From Antedon mediterranea (taxonomy: Eukaryota; Animalia; Echinodermata), in contig NC_092670.1 in assembly GCF_964355755.1 (NCBI RefSeq), positions 1,168,201-1,232,200 of the forward strand: a stretch of DNA of 64,000 bases. Reading direction: 5' to 3'. The notes under the pieces were generated by a model. The model was not told where the DNA came from and did no database searches. It was given only the letters and a program-made list of their open reading frames with translations. The translations under genes were made by a program, and so were the position numbers. This document shows, piece after piece, positions 48,201 through 63,828 of the stretch (its first letter is position 1; each line of letters opens with the position of its first letter).

Positions 48201-51200
48201 TTAGCTGTTTGTTTTCAAACTTTTGAAGATCGAAACGTATCATAAATTTGCATTTTATTTGTTGATAATTTAACGAATTTACATCAGTGATTATAATGCA
48301 TGATTTTTTAATATTTGTTAAATTAAAAATTAAATTTTAATTGCAAACAGCTTGATATTATAATGGAATTTTTATAACTAAGTTATTTTCTGTTCTTTTT
48401 TTACTCTCTTCACATAATTTTCCTATAGGCCTACTACCTTCTTTTTATCAGTCTGATTTCATTTGGTAAAAAAATTCTATAATCAATATGCGTGGGCTGG
48501 AGAATATTGGATACTGCTATGGTAATAAATGGTAATGTCAACAATTCTAGGCAATAATTATAATAATGTTTTGATAATCTTTATCAATATCAGTTAAGGT
48601 TATTTACAATTAAAACCATAAAACTAACTATCTGCCTCTGTGCAGTGTATAACTAGGCTACTGTATTTACCTAAATTGCTGGCATCCATAAGGCCTTCTG
48701 TATATTTAAAAGCAAAGTTTTTAGGGGAAATATATGGCTTTTCACAAAATACTAAACACACAAAAGCTAAATCAAATCAAAAGGTAAACAATCGGGTATA
48801 TAAAGTGTACCTGTCAATTAGGAAGTGAACTAAAAAAAATTAATGAGAGCAATTATATATAATGTAAATTGGCTTTAAGTGTCACCTCATTTATCTTTGC
48901 TCTATAAACTAAAATCAAAATATGTTTTAGTTTAGTTTAAGGTTGAAGAAAAATAAGATTATATGGCCTTATGCCAGGTATGGTATTTTACCCAGATTAT
49001 GTTATTCAAAGTGTGATATCATTACATCCAACAACATCCACAACATCCCCATCCCCAATTTAATATTAAAGTCACTTTTTGTTTTGTAAATTCATGATTT
49101 ATCATGCTTTATTAAAGTATGTCTCATTTATTTATTATGAATCTATCATTTCATTACATTGGTACAGTACACTAAGCTGGTATACTCAGCACTGGTCACA
49201 CTGAAGCTTGATTATAAATTCAAACCATGTGTCAAATGTTGCTTTCTGCTTACGAAACAACCTGCTGTTTTTGTTCAAAGTAAACAACAAAATGTTGTAC
49301 GCAAGCAATATTGCAATCATTTGGTAGATTTGATATCACTTTCCAGCATAATTTTAGTCTAATTTTAACTACAATTTTAAATAAAAATCATAGATATATT
49401 TTATAGTTCTGAATAAGTAGTTATTATAGAGATAGTAGCCATATGTGGAACTACACACCATGGGTACTGTACATGATTGGTTTGTTAGTTTAGGGGATGG
49501 GGAGGAGGTGTTGGGAGATAAGGAACATGGTAGTGTAATTATGTAGTAATGTCAAAGTACTAAAAATACTAAAATATTCAACATTAAATTCAAGTTTTGA
49601 TTATTCCCTTTAAAACAAATTTTGCCCAGGTACTTTTTTTCAAAAATCCCACATGATAAATGTCTTTTTTTAATTGGTTGCTGAAGCTTGAATCAAGTAT
49701 TAAATGTTTGCACATGCTCACTAACCTTACAAAGTCTAATAAAGTATCATTTTGTATTCAGTATCAAAATAGGGATCTATTATATTTTGCTGTGCTTTGA
49801 TTTGATATTGATTAGTGGGATTGTTGCGATATGCATATGCCCATCCCACCAATTTAGAAAACAGATTAACACTGATTAACACTGTTAATTATGTACTGTA
49901 TTCCAAAGGTTTTTAAGGACAGAAGGAAGGTTCTGCAAGAATTGAAAATATTAGCCCAATCAGTGGACAATGAATTTTGCTGTTTTAGATGAATGTTTTT
50001 CAATATATTTGTGTTCATAATGGGTGTGTTGTACTTTAGTATTGTCAATAGCTGCAGTATAGTGTTTATATTGCATAAACCACTGGCTTTTGTTAACACC
50101 TTGTTAAGATACAGACTCTTCAGTGTCTAAGCTGAGATTATGTAATTTATGTAGAAAAAGACCCCACCTCAATTTACACACCGGCTGAATACATAAATAT
50201 GTTTTAAAAAATATCATGCATTGTTTTAAAAAATATCATGCATTGTTAAAAATATATTATGAGTTCTATAGAAGAAGCCTGGTAATGGTATCATTTCATA
50301 TCAACTAATTAAGCTTTTGAAAATGTTTTTAACCTTTTGGTAGATATCGAAATCTATCCTTGTACAGCTTTTGTTTCTTTGTATTGTCATCTTACAAAAG
50401 AGTTCATCCAAGTGATCATAAAAGCCTTCTCATCATCCAAAATGTTTTATTGTTTGGCAGACACACTCCAATGCCAAATAATATTTCTAAAGCCGATCTC
50501 ATAATATTTTCTTTACCAAATGCAAACACTTTGTGTCATAGTACTTAGTGGAAAAACCTATTATGTACATGAACAGTCTTAAATAGTAATGTCAATATTA
50601 CTATTGCATGATTTACAGAAACATACTGTGCAGTACGCAAAGAATATGCTTCACAATCAGAGCAAAGAAATAGACTGCAGTAACTGTGCAATTTGGATCC
50701 CACTCGGACGCAACGCAAGGATGTCAGTGCAAGCAGTTTGACCAATCACAAGCAATCGATTAACCAAACGATAGCTTGTTTTTAGTCAAATTATTTGCTT
50801 TACTTTTTTGTTGCGTTCTAGTGGGAACCAGGCTTACTGTATCAAGGCATCCACTTGCATTATTATAATTTTATTTCTGATACAGTACATTCACTACTTT
50901 AAGCTAAATGTCATTTATACTGTTAATTTGTGGCCATTTATACATTATACCTAAATCGTTCTGTTATTAACCATCAACTGTAATTTTACTATTCATGACC
51001 AATGCATAATTCATAATTGCCTAGTTCTAGCATATGGACACAGAATTTACACAACTAATTTCAAACACAATTGAAGCAGTGATAAAAGCTTGCATTCATT
51101 ATCTAATGACATCGATTAATGAATTATATTTCGCAACTACTACTGTACAAATGAGATAACGGTTTGCGAGTACTGTATCTCATATACAGTAGCCCATCGG

Positions 51201-54200
51201 GTTAGTGAGCAAGGCCACAGGGGTGGATTTAGGGGGAACCCTCCTATTTAGACAACTAACATTAAATAAATACTGTACACAGCTGTCGAAAATTCATTTT
51301 GCAATATTCAGAAACCTGTGCAAATGCAACAAGTAAAAAACTCACTTTTTTAACCAAGACTACTTGAAAAATTAAAGTTAGTATGCGAACATATTAATTT
51401 GTAAAAATTCACTTGGCAGCCTACAGTATATAAGTAAGATTAAAAGGATTTTACAACATGCACATATACTGTAGCCACCAGCATAAAGTTTAAAGGTCGC
51501 TGCTGCGATAAACTCCTAGGTTATAAATACTGTTAAAAATCTGACTATTATAGATTTCTGTGAATCCAGAATATTGTAATTTACAGGTCATGACATTGCC
51601 TTGTTTGTATTAGCAACCATTAGATATAAAATGGGCAGCAGCAGTGTACGAACCAACACCTCATTTGAACAATTGGCTATAGTGCCAACAGAATAAGCCG
51701 CCCTTCAATTCACACTAGCAATATGTATACATAGGTGTGGTAATTACGTCTCATCTAAAAGCTAATTCATCTAATTCTAATTTCATAATGTATGATAAGT
51801 TGCAATCAATTTTACTTGAATACACAATTTTTCAATGGTATTGCAATTATTTAACTGAATGGGTTTTGAGCTGTACCAGATGAATACAATGGAAACTATT
51901 TCTACAGCAAAGACCACTAATTATAATCTCCTTAGAAGAATATTTTGTAGCACTGTAAATGTAAATTATAGATATTGTTTATTCATGTACAGTATGGGAG
52001 AAGGTTTTGGAAAAAGACATGTCCTGACCCCAAAACTGCTTTAGAGCATCCAAAGTATATAAATAATAGACGGAGCATTAAGTCAAGGAAAACGAACCCC
52101 GTTTACAACCCACTACAGCTTAGTATGTCTTAAAATATGAGCTATACTTAAAATATGAGCTAAAAGTATGAGCTATACTTACTTATAGCTATACTGTTAC
52201 TTTAATAAATAAATTGCTCCTTTAAGACATTGAACTATTTATAGCAAGATGGAATTCAAAATTGATATCAAATTAAAATGTAATATTAAACAGAAATATA
52301 ATTATTTCAGAAACACTTAATTATTCATATTTTTACATTCATATCTATTAGAACGAAGAACAAGTTTCATAAACTGAATTATTATTAAAATTACTTCCAG
52401 TTTATTAGTATCTTCTCTCTTGGGCACATCGAGGTATGACTAAAATTCCAAATGAGGTCATCATCGTTAATTATTAACTATAAACATATAATACAAGAAG
52501 ATAACAAATTACTTTGAGAACACACCTTGAATGCGGGATACAATAATTGTAAATGGTAAATTGTTAGATTGTTAGTCTGTTTGGGTCATTTTAATCAAAA
52601 TATTAATTTTAGGTTAAGAGACCAGAAGTCCGTCATTTTATCAAAATAAGGGTAGAGTTCAAATTTCAAATCATTTTCACTATTATTAATGATCTTTTTT
52701 TATGAATACCGAAAGTAAAGAGATCACAATCTAGTATATGGATAACATTTAAAGGCAGTTGTGGTGGAACGTGTCACAGAATATTCTTTCCTAAGATCTT
52801 GGTATGTTTCTTACCAAATAAGTCTAGTGCAAACAGAATATAGACATTCTTAGCTGTCTAAGTTTGTCATAGGTATATAATATTTCAAACTTAGCAAATT
52901 TCTGTTATGCATTTGCCAGATATTTGGAATGTATTGTATGCTATTCAATCTAAATATCTATAGTAATAATAGTGATCCACTGTAGGCCGACTGTAGCTAA
53001 TTACAGTACCTGATCTTCATAGCCTTTCTCTCCTGAATGAAAAGGAAGGAAGAGTTTTTGAGTTGAACTCTCTGACCTAACAAATGGGACAGTCCGCAAA
53101 CCACGCCCTCTAGTGGTAACATCCTAGCATACCATAATTTAAGTGTCCACTGATAAGTTTGATATACAGTAAGATACTATGAAATTAACTCTGTAAAAAG
53201 TGAGGCACTATAATAAAAGTGAGGCACTATAATAAAAGTGAGGCACTATAATATTTCAAACATTAAATCATCTTCACTGGATGGATAATTGAATCACAAT
53301 AGTAGCCTGCCTCACTTTGAGTTTGTTTTATATTATCAAATTTTAATTTAATTTAGTAATTTTTCATTTTTTTTATTTACTTTTGAGTCTCTTTTGTTAA
53401 ACCCACTTGCATGCTACAGTATTTTCTTTTTAGATTTGTTTTTGTCATTTAGAAAATAGTTCTTTAGTTTACTATGAAACAAAGTTATTAGAAGTCCTGT
53501 TTTACCCTTCTCTAAACTGTTTTTGGTTTAATATAAGTTGATTTTGTAGAAAAATAAGTTGGACACGTTGATACAGTAGATGTTCATATTTTTAGGTTTT
53601 AGAAAAAATGATAGTCTTTGTGTAGAAACAAATAAATTGTAAAGTTGCGCAGTCGTTAAAACTGTTAAACAAATTGTATAAAATAGTTGTGATAGAATAG
53701 AACTACTGTTTAATTGATAATAGTTGTAGATGACCATACATTTTTTTTGGGTGTGAAATATTCTAGAACATAGAAAAAGTTTGCCTTAACTTATTAAATA
53801 TTGTAATATTATGTTTTGTTGTTTGTAACAGGAGAAGGGGAAAAGTTCTTTACAGCCGGCCATGAGGTTGATCGTGAAGTGGTACGTGATTTCATGAAAG
53901 AAGTCGGGAAACATCCTGATATTGACGAAAGCATGATCGCTAAACTCGTTGCTATTGAATGTCAGCAACATCAACATCATAGCCGCGGATGGTACAGAAT
54001 TAACGCTTCTCGTAACATGATGGGTAGAACCAAGGTGGATGAGCAGGATCCGCACGCATTGGAGGTATGATTCAACAAACTTAGTACCTGTATTGTGGTA
54101 TCTTTGAATTCCTTTAATTATTATTTTATTTGAAAATAAAATCATTAAAATGATTAAAATAAATATTATAAATATATTTCAAATTTTATTTAATAATACT

Positions 54201-57200
54201 GTAATAATAGAAAGATTTATCTTATTTTCTTTATTTGTTTTAATGTTTATGTTAATATTTGACGATTGGAAATTTCTTTTTGATGTTGATCGTAGCTGTT
54301 TGGTTTTAATTTTCGTGTTTTCTATCAGAGGTGTTTTGTCTTTCTTTGTCTTTTAAATCTGTTCATTTGTATTTGGCAGAAATTTGAATAAAGATAAAAT
54401 ATTAGAGTATTTTCCATTTATTTTGAATGAGATGAATGTTTCAACACTTTAACATCTGTTGACATTTCAAACTTGCATTTTAGTAGTTTTGTAATGTATG
54501 TTAACAGCTTATGTGCGACTTGTGCTGCATCCTAATCCAATGGAAATGAAAAATACTGATTGATAATTTAAGTACATCATACTGTATTATAATACATAAA
54601 ACATACTTTTAAAACTAATTTGTAGTCTATAAACCATTATTGTATGAGAAATATTTTCTGTATTTCTTTTTGTGCATAATATATAAAAATATATGAAGAA
54701 AAATACTTATGTCATCTGCAAAATTATTTTTTGTTCGAATTGATGAGAATTTTAATATAGTTTAGTATAGTATGATTTTAATTACACAAACCAAAAGTTG
54801 TGTTTGTATACGAGTTTTGTAAATTTTAATATCTTCTAGTATCATGTTAGGAATTTTTGTAATATCAGGGAATAAATTAGTATTATTACTGTTCCTTAAC
54901 AAAATGTTTTCAGCAACAAAAAAATGCAATTGATTACCAATATTTATTACTTTCAAGCATTTTGTTATCTAATGTGGATGTAAAAATTGTCATAGCAACC
55001 ATCAACACAAATTATTTCCCTAAATGTCAAAAGTAAGATGTATAATATCAAGGATTATATTGCAAGTTACAGAAGAATAATTAGAAAAATTACATTTTAA
55101 AAGTCTGTGGATACACCATAGCTTCTGTGTATATGCTTTTTAATTTTAAAAACCCTTGAAGATCAACAACATTTAATAATTTTTTTCAGCTCTATAACAA
55201 AATTAAGAACAAGGAATTGCCCAATTTATCTAAAGACGAGCTTGAATATGGAACGGATAAAGCAGTGGTCGAGTTTGCTGCTGTGTCGTACTCTGTTATG
55301 GAAAATGCGGGTCGTGTCAAAGTAGGAATTGTACGACGAGGAAACAAAAAAAGCCAAGTTATTTTCAAGTAAGTGCTTTTCTTTATGTTTACTAGTATCG
55401 GTTCTGTTCAAGTTTCTGTAATGTGTTGTTTACCTTGCAAAATAACCCCTAAAGGAACTTAAAACCTGCTATTTAAGTAACATGACTTTACTTTAAGTAG
55501 GCAAATATAGAATATGAATCGACATTTTCAAATACAAGTTATAGCATATTTTTACATAAAGAGAAGTCGGTTTATAATATTTTAAAGAGGATAAAGTAAT
55601 TCTCATTTCCCTGGAGGCCTAAGAATATTGACAACAGTGCTGAGTAAATTGAACATATGTTATAGATAGGCAAAATTGATGATTTTATGAAAATGAGATA
55701 TCGCTTATATACCACAACCAGTTTAATAGTACTACTCAAATGTTAAACTTTAAATTCATTGATATGCTGGTATCTGCAGAAACCAGTTTAATAGTACTAC
55801 TCAAATGTTAAACTTTAAATTCATTGATATGCTGGTATCTGCAGAAACTGCATATCATTAAATGCTGCTAGTTCCCAAAGGTTGTGAACAAGTAGTAGTT
55901 GACAACAAGGTGCAATTGATTTATATTGAATATTCTGTTAGCTATTGAGTTATAATATATAATAATTTACAACTTGAGGCTAGAGTAGTAAATAGTAATA
56001 ATAATACTGGAGGAGCTCCAAATGGTCATTGAGAAGAGTAGCCAAAAGTTAAGGACATTTCAATTTGTATAAGTTGAATATGCGGTACACAGTAATTAAT
56101 ATTGCTGATAGGCACCTCATAGAGCAAATATTTGCTTTTTGAGAGAATTTTAACAAAACGTCAAACTACTATACATCTTTTGATTAAGACCTAACTTAAC
56201 AGAAAGGTTTGAAGGAAGATGCTTATTCCTTTTACATATTGAAACTTGCATGAGAAAAAAAAACCCTGTTGGACCCATGGAATATAAGTTGATATCATAT
56301 CAGGCCTACCACCCACGCAACTGAATATGACTATTGTATTCTCACTGCAGTGTAATCTGCAAAGGAACTAACTATTGATAGCTTGTTAACGAAACTAATT
56401 AATTGACCTTGTGTCATATCTTAACAAGACTATGGTTTCATTGTTCAATATCATATTTAATTTATTTTAATTCAATGAATATCCCATTATTAAATTTGTA
56501 TAATTAATAAATTTGTACAGCTGTAAAAAAAGGTTGTTGTTTTTTGTGTAATTGTTTGCAGTAAGCCATAGGGTTTGTGTATTATGTGATTTATACTGCT
56601 TTGAGGCAATTCAATAACTTGACAGGAGTATTGCAGAGGTTCACCTGTTTAGTATGTGTTTTGGCAGAGAATAAAAGATTGTGTGTCTTCGTTTTGCTGG
56701 GACCATTTCTAAACTAAAATTAACAAAAAAATTTTTAAATGAGCCAAAATGTACTGTATACAGTAGCAAGCAGAAAGTACTGGGATAAGTACAAACTGCT
56801 ATTAGCTCAGCTAAATAGCCCTGGTAACGTAACTAATCATTACACAACTATGATAATACAGGTAATAAATTATAATAATCATAAAATTATCTCTAGTACC
56901 ATTACTGTACTGGACATTGTCCAGTCAAACATTGTAGAATTCTTGTAAATCTCTTCTACAGACATGATCATACAGTTCTTCTTTATGATGTCTAAATAAT
57001 TTATGAGCTATCAAATTTCAAAAGTGATTGATTACCTTTAATCTAGTTTCAAATTAGAATACATCTTAAGCAACTCATGGTCTTGTGTTATCCAGTGGTA
57101 AAAGCAAGCATCTTAAAAAGGTGTAAAGTTACTCTTTAAATATAATATAACACTAGAGGGGAAAATAGCAAACTAGAGTGCTTGCGTTTCTATTATGAAT

Positions 57201-60200
57201 TTACCTTTATCTATAAAATGCATATTCTCTAATTTTACAATTCTTTGTACATTAATGATTTTGTTATGTTATGTTTCAGAAGAATTTTATAATTATTCAA
57301 ATAAAAAACAAAATAATAGTTTATAGTAATTTTTAATTTGATTGGTATAGTCTAAAAGTTGCATTGAATAAATTTAATTCAGGTAAACTAAATTGGTTAT
57401 GATAATTGTTTTTACTACTAAAAGTTCTAATACTGTGCAGAAACAGTGTGGTGGTAGGTAGGTCTAGGCTCATCAACAATCAATGCCAGTATAAAATTGT
57501 TAAGGAAAGTACATTCAAAATTTTTAAAATATACACTTAATGGTAAACATAAACATAGTAAACAAATAAGACATGGAAGGATCAAGAAGGTATATCTAGT
57601 TAGTAACACTATAACACTGCAGTATATGACACTACAATACTAGTAACACTATAACACTACAGTATATGACACTACAATACTAGTAACACTATAACACTGC
57701 AGTATATGACACTACAATACTAGTAACACTATAACACTACAATACTAGTAACACTATAACACTGCAGTATATGACTCTACAATACTAGTAACACTATAAC
57801 ACTGCAGTATATGACTCTACAATACTAGTAACACTATAACACCACAGTATATGACACTACAATACTAGTAACACTATAACACTACAATACTAGTAACACT
57901 ATAACACTACAGTATATGACACTACAATACTAGTAACACTATAACACTACAGTATATGACACTACAATACTAGTAACAGTATAACACTACAGTATATGAC
58001 TCTACAATACTAGTAACACTATAACACTGCAGTATATGACTCTACAATACTAGTAACACTATAACACTACAGTATATGACACTACAATACTAGTAACACT
58101 ATAACACTACAGTATATGACACTACAATACTAGTAACACTATAACACTGCAGTATATGACACTACAATACTAGTAACACTATAACACTGCAGTATATGAC
58201 ACTACAATACTAGTAACACTATAACACTACAGTATATGACACTACAATACTAGTAACACTATAACACTGCAGTATATGACACTACAATACTAGTAACACT
58301 ATAACACTACAGTATATGACACTACAATACTAGTAACACTATAACACTACAGTATATGACACTACAATACTAGTAACACTATAACACTACAGTATATGAC
58401 ACTACAATACTAGTAACACTATAACACTACAGTATATGACACTACAATACTAGTAACACTATAACACTGCAGTATATGACACTACAATACTAGTAACACT
58501 ATAACACTACAGTATATGACACTACAATACTAGTAACACTATAACACTGCAGTATATGACACTACAATACTAGTAACACTATAACACTACAGTATATGAC
58601 ACTACAATACTAGTAACACTATAACACTACAGTATATGACACTACAATACTAGTAACACTATAACACTACAGTATATGACACTACAATACTAGTAACACT
58701 ATAACACTACAGTATATGACACTACAATACTAGTAACACTATAACACTGCAGTATATGACACTACAATACTAGTAACACTATAACACTACAGTATATGAC
58801 ACTACAATACTAGTAACACTATAACACTGCAGTATATGACACTACAATACTAGTAACACTATAACACTACAGTATATGACACTACAATACTAGTAACACT
58901 ATAACACTGCAGTATATGACACTACAATACTAGTAACACTATAACACTACAGTATATGACACTACAATACTAGTAACACTATAACACTACAGTATATGAC
59001 ACTACAATACTAGTAACACTATAACACTGCAGTATATGACTCTACAATACTAGTAACACTATAACACTACAATACTAGTAACACTATAACACTACAGTAT
59101 ATGACACTACAATACTAGTAACACTATAACACTACAGTATATGACACTACAATACTAGTAACACTACAGTATGTGACACTACAATACTAGTAACACTATA
59201 ACACCACAGTATATGACTCTACAATACTAGTAACACTATAACACTACAATACTTTGTAACACAATAACACTACAGTATTTGACACTACAATACTAGTAAC
59301 ACTATAACACTGCAGTATATGACACTACAATACTAGTAACACTATAACACTACAATACTAGTAACACTATAACACTACAGTATTTGACACTACAATACTA
59401 GTAACACTATAACACTGCAGTATATGACACTACAATACTAGTAACACTATAACACTACAATACTAGTAACACTATAACACTACAGTATATGACACTACAA
59501 TACTAGTAACACTATAACACCACAGTATATGACACTACAATACTAGTAACACTATAACACTACAATACTAGTAACACTATAACACTACAGTATATGACAC
59601 TAAAATACTAGTAACACTATAACACTACAGTATATGACACTACAATACTAGTAACAGTATAACACTACAGTATATGACACTACAATACTAGTAACACTAT
59701 AACACTGCAGTATATGACACTACAATACTAGTAACACTATAACACTACAGTATATGACACTACAATACTAGTAACACTATAACACTACAGTATATGACAC
59801 TACAATACTAGTAACACTATAACACTACAGTATATGACACTACAATACTAGTAACACTATAACACTACAGTATATGACACTACAATACTAGTAACACTAT
59901 AACACTGCAGTATATGACACTACAATACTAGTAACACTATAACACTACAGTATATGACACTACAATACTAGTAACACTATAACACTGCAGTATATGACAC
60001 TACAATACTAGTAACACTATAACACTACAGTATATGACACTACAATACTAGTAACACTATAACACTACAGTATATGACACTACAATACTAGTAACACTAT
60101 AACACTACAGTATATGACACTACAATACTAGTAACACTATAACACTACAGTATATGACACTACAATACTAGTAACACTATAACACTGCAGTATATGACAC

Positions 60201-63200
60201 TACAATACTAGTAACACTATAACACTACAGTATATGACACTACAATACTAGTAACACTATAACACTGCAGTATATGACACTACAATACTAGTAACACTAT
60301 AACACTACAGTATATGACACTACAATACTAGTAACACTATAACACTGCAGTATATGACACTACAATACTAGTAACACTATAACACTACAGTATATGACAC
60401 TACAATACTAGTAACACTATAACACTACAGTATATGACACTACAATACTAGTAACACTATAACACTGCAGTATATGACTCTACAATACTAGTAACACTAT
60501 AACACTACAATACTAGTAACACTATAACACTACAGTATATGACACTACAATACTAGTAACACTATAACACTACAGTATATGACACTACAATACTAGTAAC
60601 ACTACAGTATGTGACACTACAATACTAGTAACACTATAACACCACAGTATATGACTCTACAATACTAGTAACACTATAACACTACAATACTTTGTAACAC
60701 AATAACACTACAGTATTTGACACTACAATACTAGTAACACTATAACACTGCAGTATATGACACTACAATACTAGTAACACTATAACACTACAATACTAGT
60801 AACACTATAACACTACAGTATTTGACACTACAATACTAGTAACACTATAACACTGCAGTATATGACACTACAATACTAGTAACACTATAACACTACAATA
60901 CTAGTAACACTATAACACTACAGTATATGACACTACAATACTAGTAACACTATAACACCACAGTATATGACACTACAATACTAGTAACACTATAACACTA
61001 CAATACTAGTAACACTATAACACTACAGTATATGACACTAAAATACTAGTAACACTATAACACTACAGTATATGACACTACAATACTAGTAACAGTATAA
61101 CACTACAGTATATGACACTACAATACTAGTAACACTATAACACTACAGTATATGACACTACAATACTAGTAACACTATAACACTACAGTATATGACACTA
61201 CAATACTAGTAACACTATAACACCACAGTATATGACACTACAATACTAGTAACACTATAACACTACAATACTAGTAACACTATAACACTACAGTATATGA
61301 CACTACAATACTAGTAACACTATAACACTACAGTATATGACACTACAATACTTCATCATATTTATAATCATTATTGTACTATTTAGTATTATTACATATA
61401 CAGCCCTACTACTATTAGATTAAAAGCTAGCCATGCGCAACAGGCAACAATTTTGCATCGCTCTCTTGGGATTTTTGTTGTCACATAAGTAATATAAATA
61501 TCACAAGAGTAACATTAAACAAGAACAATTTGACACGTTGGCAAATTTTAGAATGTTAAAAAATATCATGCTGGCTCAGACGTAAACATGTTCTTGACTG
61601 AAACATAACATTTGGAAGAAAAGAAAAATCATATTAATAAATTGTTTTAAAGTTGTACAGGTCTCCATCTAATTAAGTTGTCAGCTTTCCAAGAATTCTG
61701 AATATTAACATTTTCTTGCATTTGTTTGCTACTAGAAATATTATAATTCAAGGAGTATTATTTTGTTTTTTATTAACTAGCTACAGCAGTATTTGTAGTA
61801 CAAAAGATAATATTTACTTAAATCAGAGAAGAGAGATTATTAATTAAACAATGGAATCCCAGGGTTGCTCAATATACAACAAAATCCCAGGGTGCTCAAT
61901 ATACAACAGAATACCAGGGTGCTTAATATACAACAGAATACCAGGGTGCTTAATATACAACAGAATACCAGGGTGCTTAATATACAACAGAATACCAGGG
62001 TGCCCAATATACAACAGGGTTCTCAATGTTCAACTTGAGCTGCATCTGGCCTACAGCAAAGAGCTACATGAAACCAAAGCTTGTTAAAGCTTGAAGCAAC
62101 ATGTTCATGACTCTCTATATTCAAATTCACATTACATATAGATTGGGATTCTTTACAACCTTACAGCTACTGTACGACAAGAACTTATTTATCTTCTTAT
62201 TAAGAAAGAATAAATAATGTTATAGTGATAGTAATCCAGTAAATTCTGTTGCTTCATCATTGATCAGATCGGTCCTATGCTTCTGGTTTGATGACAAACT
62301 ACTATTATCCGTTACCTAACATTTTTTTTTTTAAACTAAATAGTAGATATATTAAAATTTAAGTTTAAATAAAAAATATGTACAATTTTAGTTTCCATTC
62401 TGTAGCTTGCTGTTACAAATGATGTTAAAACCTTTATGGTCCTAAAAGAGTAACCTCCAAGTTACAAAATGGCAGCTTGTGCTTAGAAACACTATTGAAT
62501 ATTTTATATACTATATGACTCAAATGGTGACTACGTCATCTTCAAACTAAACACAATTACTATCTAATAATAATAAGACTGAGTTATACAGTTTGAAATC
62601 TAATATAAATTTCTAATATTTTGCAATAAACTTTAACATCGACCTTGGAAACATTTACTAATCTTTGTTAGAAATTGCATGAAACGTTGATGGATATTGG
62701 AATGTTTCTATCTATATGCAAACGCATATTACTTGGGCATATATAGTATTATTTTATGTAGAAACCTGAAATTTAATGAGTAAATAGATGAATGCATGGC
62801 AAATAAGTTGGCTCATTCTTCATTCATTCATTTTCTAAGTATGCAAATTAAGTTGTTCATGTTCTATAAATTAATGCAACTATGTTTGCTGCAGTTATTT
62901 ATTGCGACCAAAAACAAATTTATTTTTGAATAGAATTATCAATAAATCACCTTGCAATGTATATTAATTGTTGATGATAATGAATGCATTGCATTTTAAT
63001 TGCAAACTTTAAGGTGGATGCATATCTTTATTGGAAGATCTTTAAACAGAACTAGCTTACTTTAAAAAGATACTTCATACAATGGAGGACGGTTGAAGCT
63101 AGGTGGAGGTCTTTAGAACTAGAATTTTGGGTTTTGGCAACTATATCCATATACTTTCAAAACATTTATACAGAAATAATAATTAATGAATTAATAAAGA

Positions 63201-63828
63201 ATTACATTCGCATTCAATGCATAAAGTGTGAACCCTAGCAATTCTTATTAATATGTCTTTCATCAGTATGTGACGCATGTATAAAGTGTGAAATATACAA
63301 TCAATCATTTTTATTAAAGCTCAATGCGAGTTCATGCACTGTATATTGATCAGATAATAAGTATGAACTTAAAGCTGTCTTGTAGGCCTACTTGTTACAT
63401 GCATTAGTATGTTCTACCGTGTCCTAATACACAATGTGAACATTGAATGGCTTGAAGTTCAGTTAATAATTATTTTATTGTTGAAAACATCATAAAAGAG
63501 AGCAGAAAGCAGAAGGTTTGAAAGAAAATATGGTGTTAAAGTTGTAATTGTTTAAAATAATATCACAAATTTAATTTGATGATTTAAATTTGTAGGTATG
63601 AGACACTAGATGGAACTGCTGAAGCCAAGTCAGACTATGTTCCTATGAAAGGAATAATGGTTTTTGAGCCAGAAGAAACTGAAAAGTTTCTTGAAATTGA
63701 GATCATCGATGACAATGAATGGGAACCAGATGAGACGTTCTTTGTCAAGTTGACTCTGGAGGAGAAGGCCGACGGCGTCGTCCTCGGAAAGCACCCAATT
63801 ACTGAAGTCACTATTATCAATGATGATG
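39299..63828 (+). CDS. SLC8A: Sodium/calcium exchanger (SLC8/NCX family), 5' part; the gene continues beyond the window
   Basis: Exons 39299-40022 ([36 protein letters not shown] alpha-1 repeat), optional 47530-47538, 53832-54064 (HSRGWYRINASR), 55190-55368 (VEFAAVSYSVMENAG), 63596-63828 (Calx-beta: ETLDGTA...IIDDNEWEPDETFFVKL). Probable 5'UTR donor at ~37731 and acceptor at ~39218. Confidence 0.93.
40137..42248. repeat. G-rich compound minisatellite of interleaved 22-bp and 34-bp units
   Basis: CACAGGGTGGGCTTATACTGTA and CACAGGGTGGGCTTTTACACAG(TGG/CCG)GGACTATAG in variable order. Confidence 0.96.
42402..42530. mobile_element. ~140-bp palindromic MITE, copy 3 (5' eroded)
   Basis: ...CCATATATGGACATGATGATGTCATATCACTATCATATTTGGGCACATCAC...AGTTTGATAGTGTAGACAGAGCT|TAA. 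Confidence 0.7.
43170..43988. repeat. 18-bp minisatellite, ~45 copies
   Basis: Unit CAGTATAGGACAACCATA. Confidence 0.96.
47530..47538 (+). CDS. Candidate 9-nt NCX microexon
   Basis: tttctttgttttatttttggttgacag|GTGGGAAGA|gtaagt; phase 1-1, changes V-G-E-G to V-G-G-K-R-E-G. Confidence 0.6.
55717..55848. repeat. 65-bp tandem duplication
   Basis: ACCAGTTTAATAGTACTACTC...GGTATCTGCAGAA twice. Confidence 0.9.
57597..61350. repeat. 40-bp minisatellite (with 22-bp deletion variants), ~3.75 kb
   Basis: Unit TAGTAACACTATAACACTRCAGTATATGACACTACAATAC. Confidence 0.97.
61854..62025. repeat. 30-bp tandem repeat x~6
   Basis: Unit AATACCAGGGTGCTTAATATACAACAG-like. Confidence 0.9.

Noticed and set aside
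50690-50836. Degenerate inverted ends (TGGATCCCACTCGGACGCAAC / TTGCGTTCTAGTGGGAACCAGGC)
   Set aside because: Likely an old MITE but too diverged to define confidently
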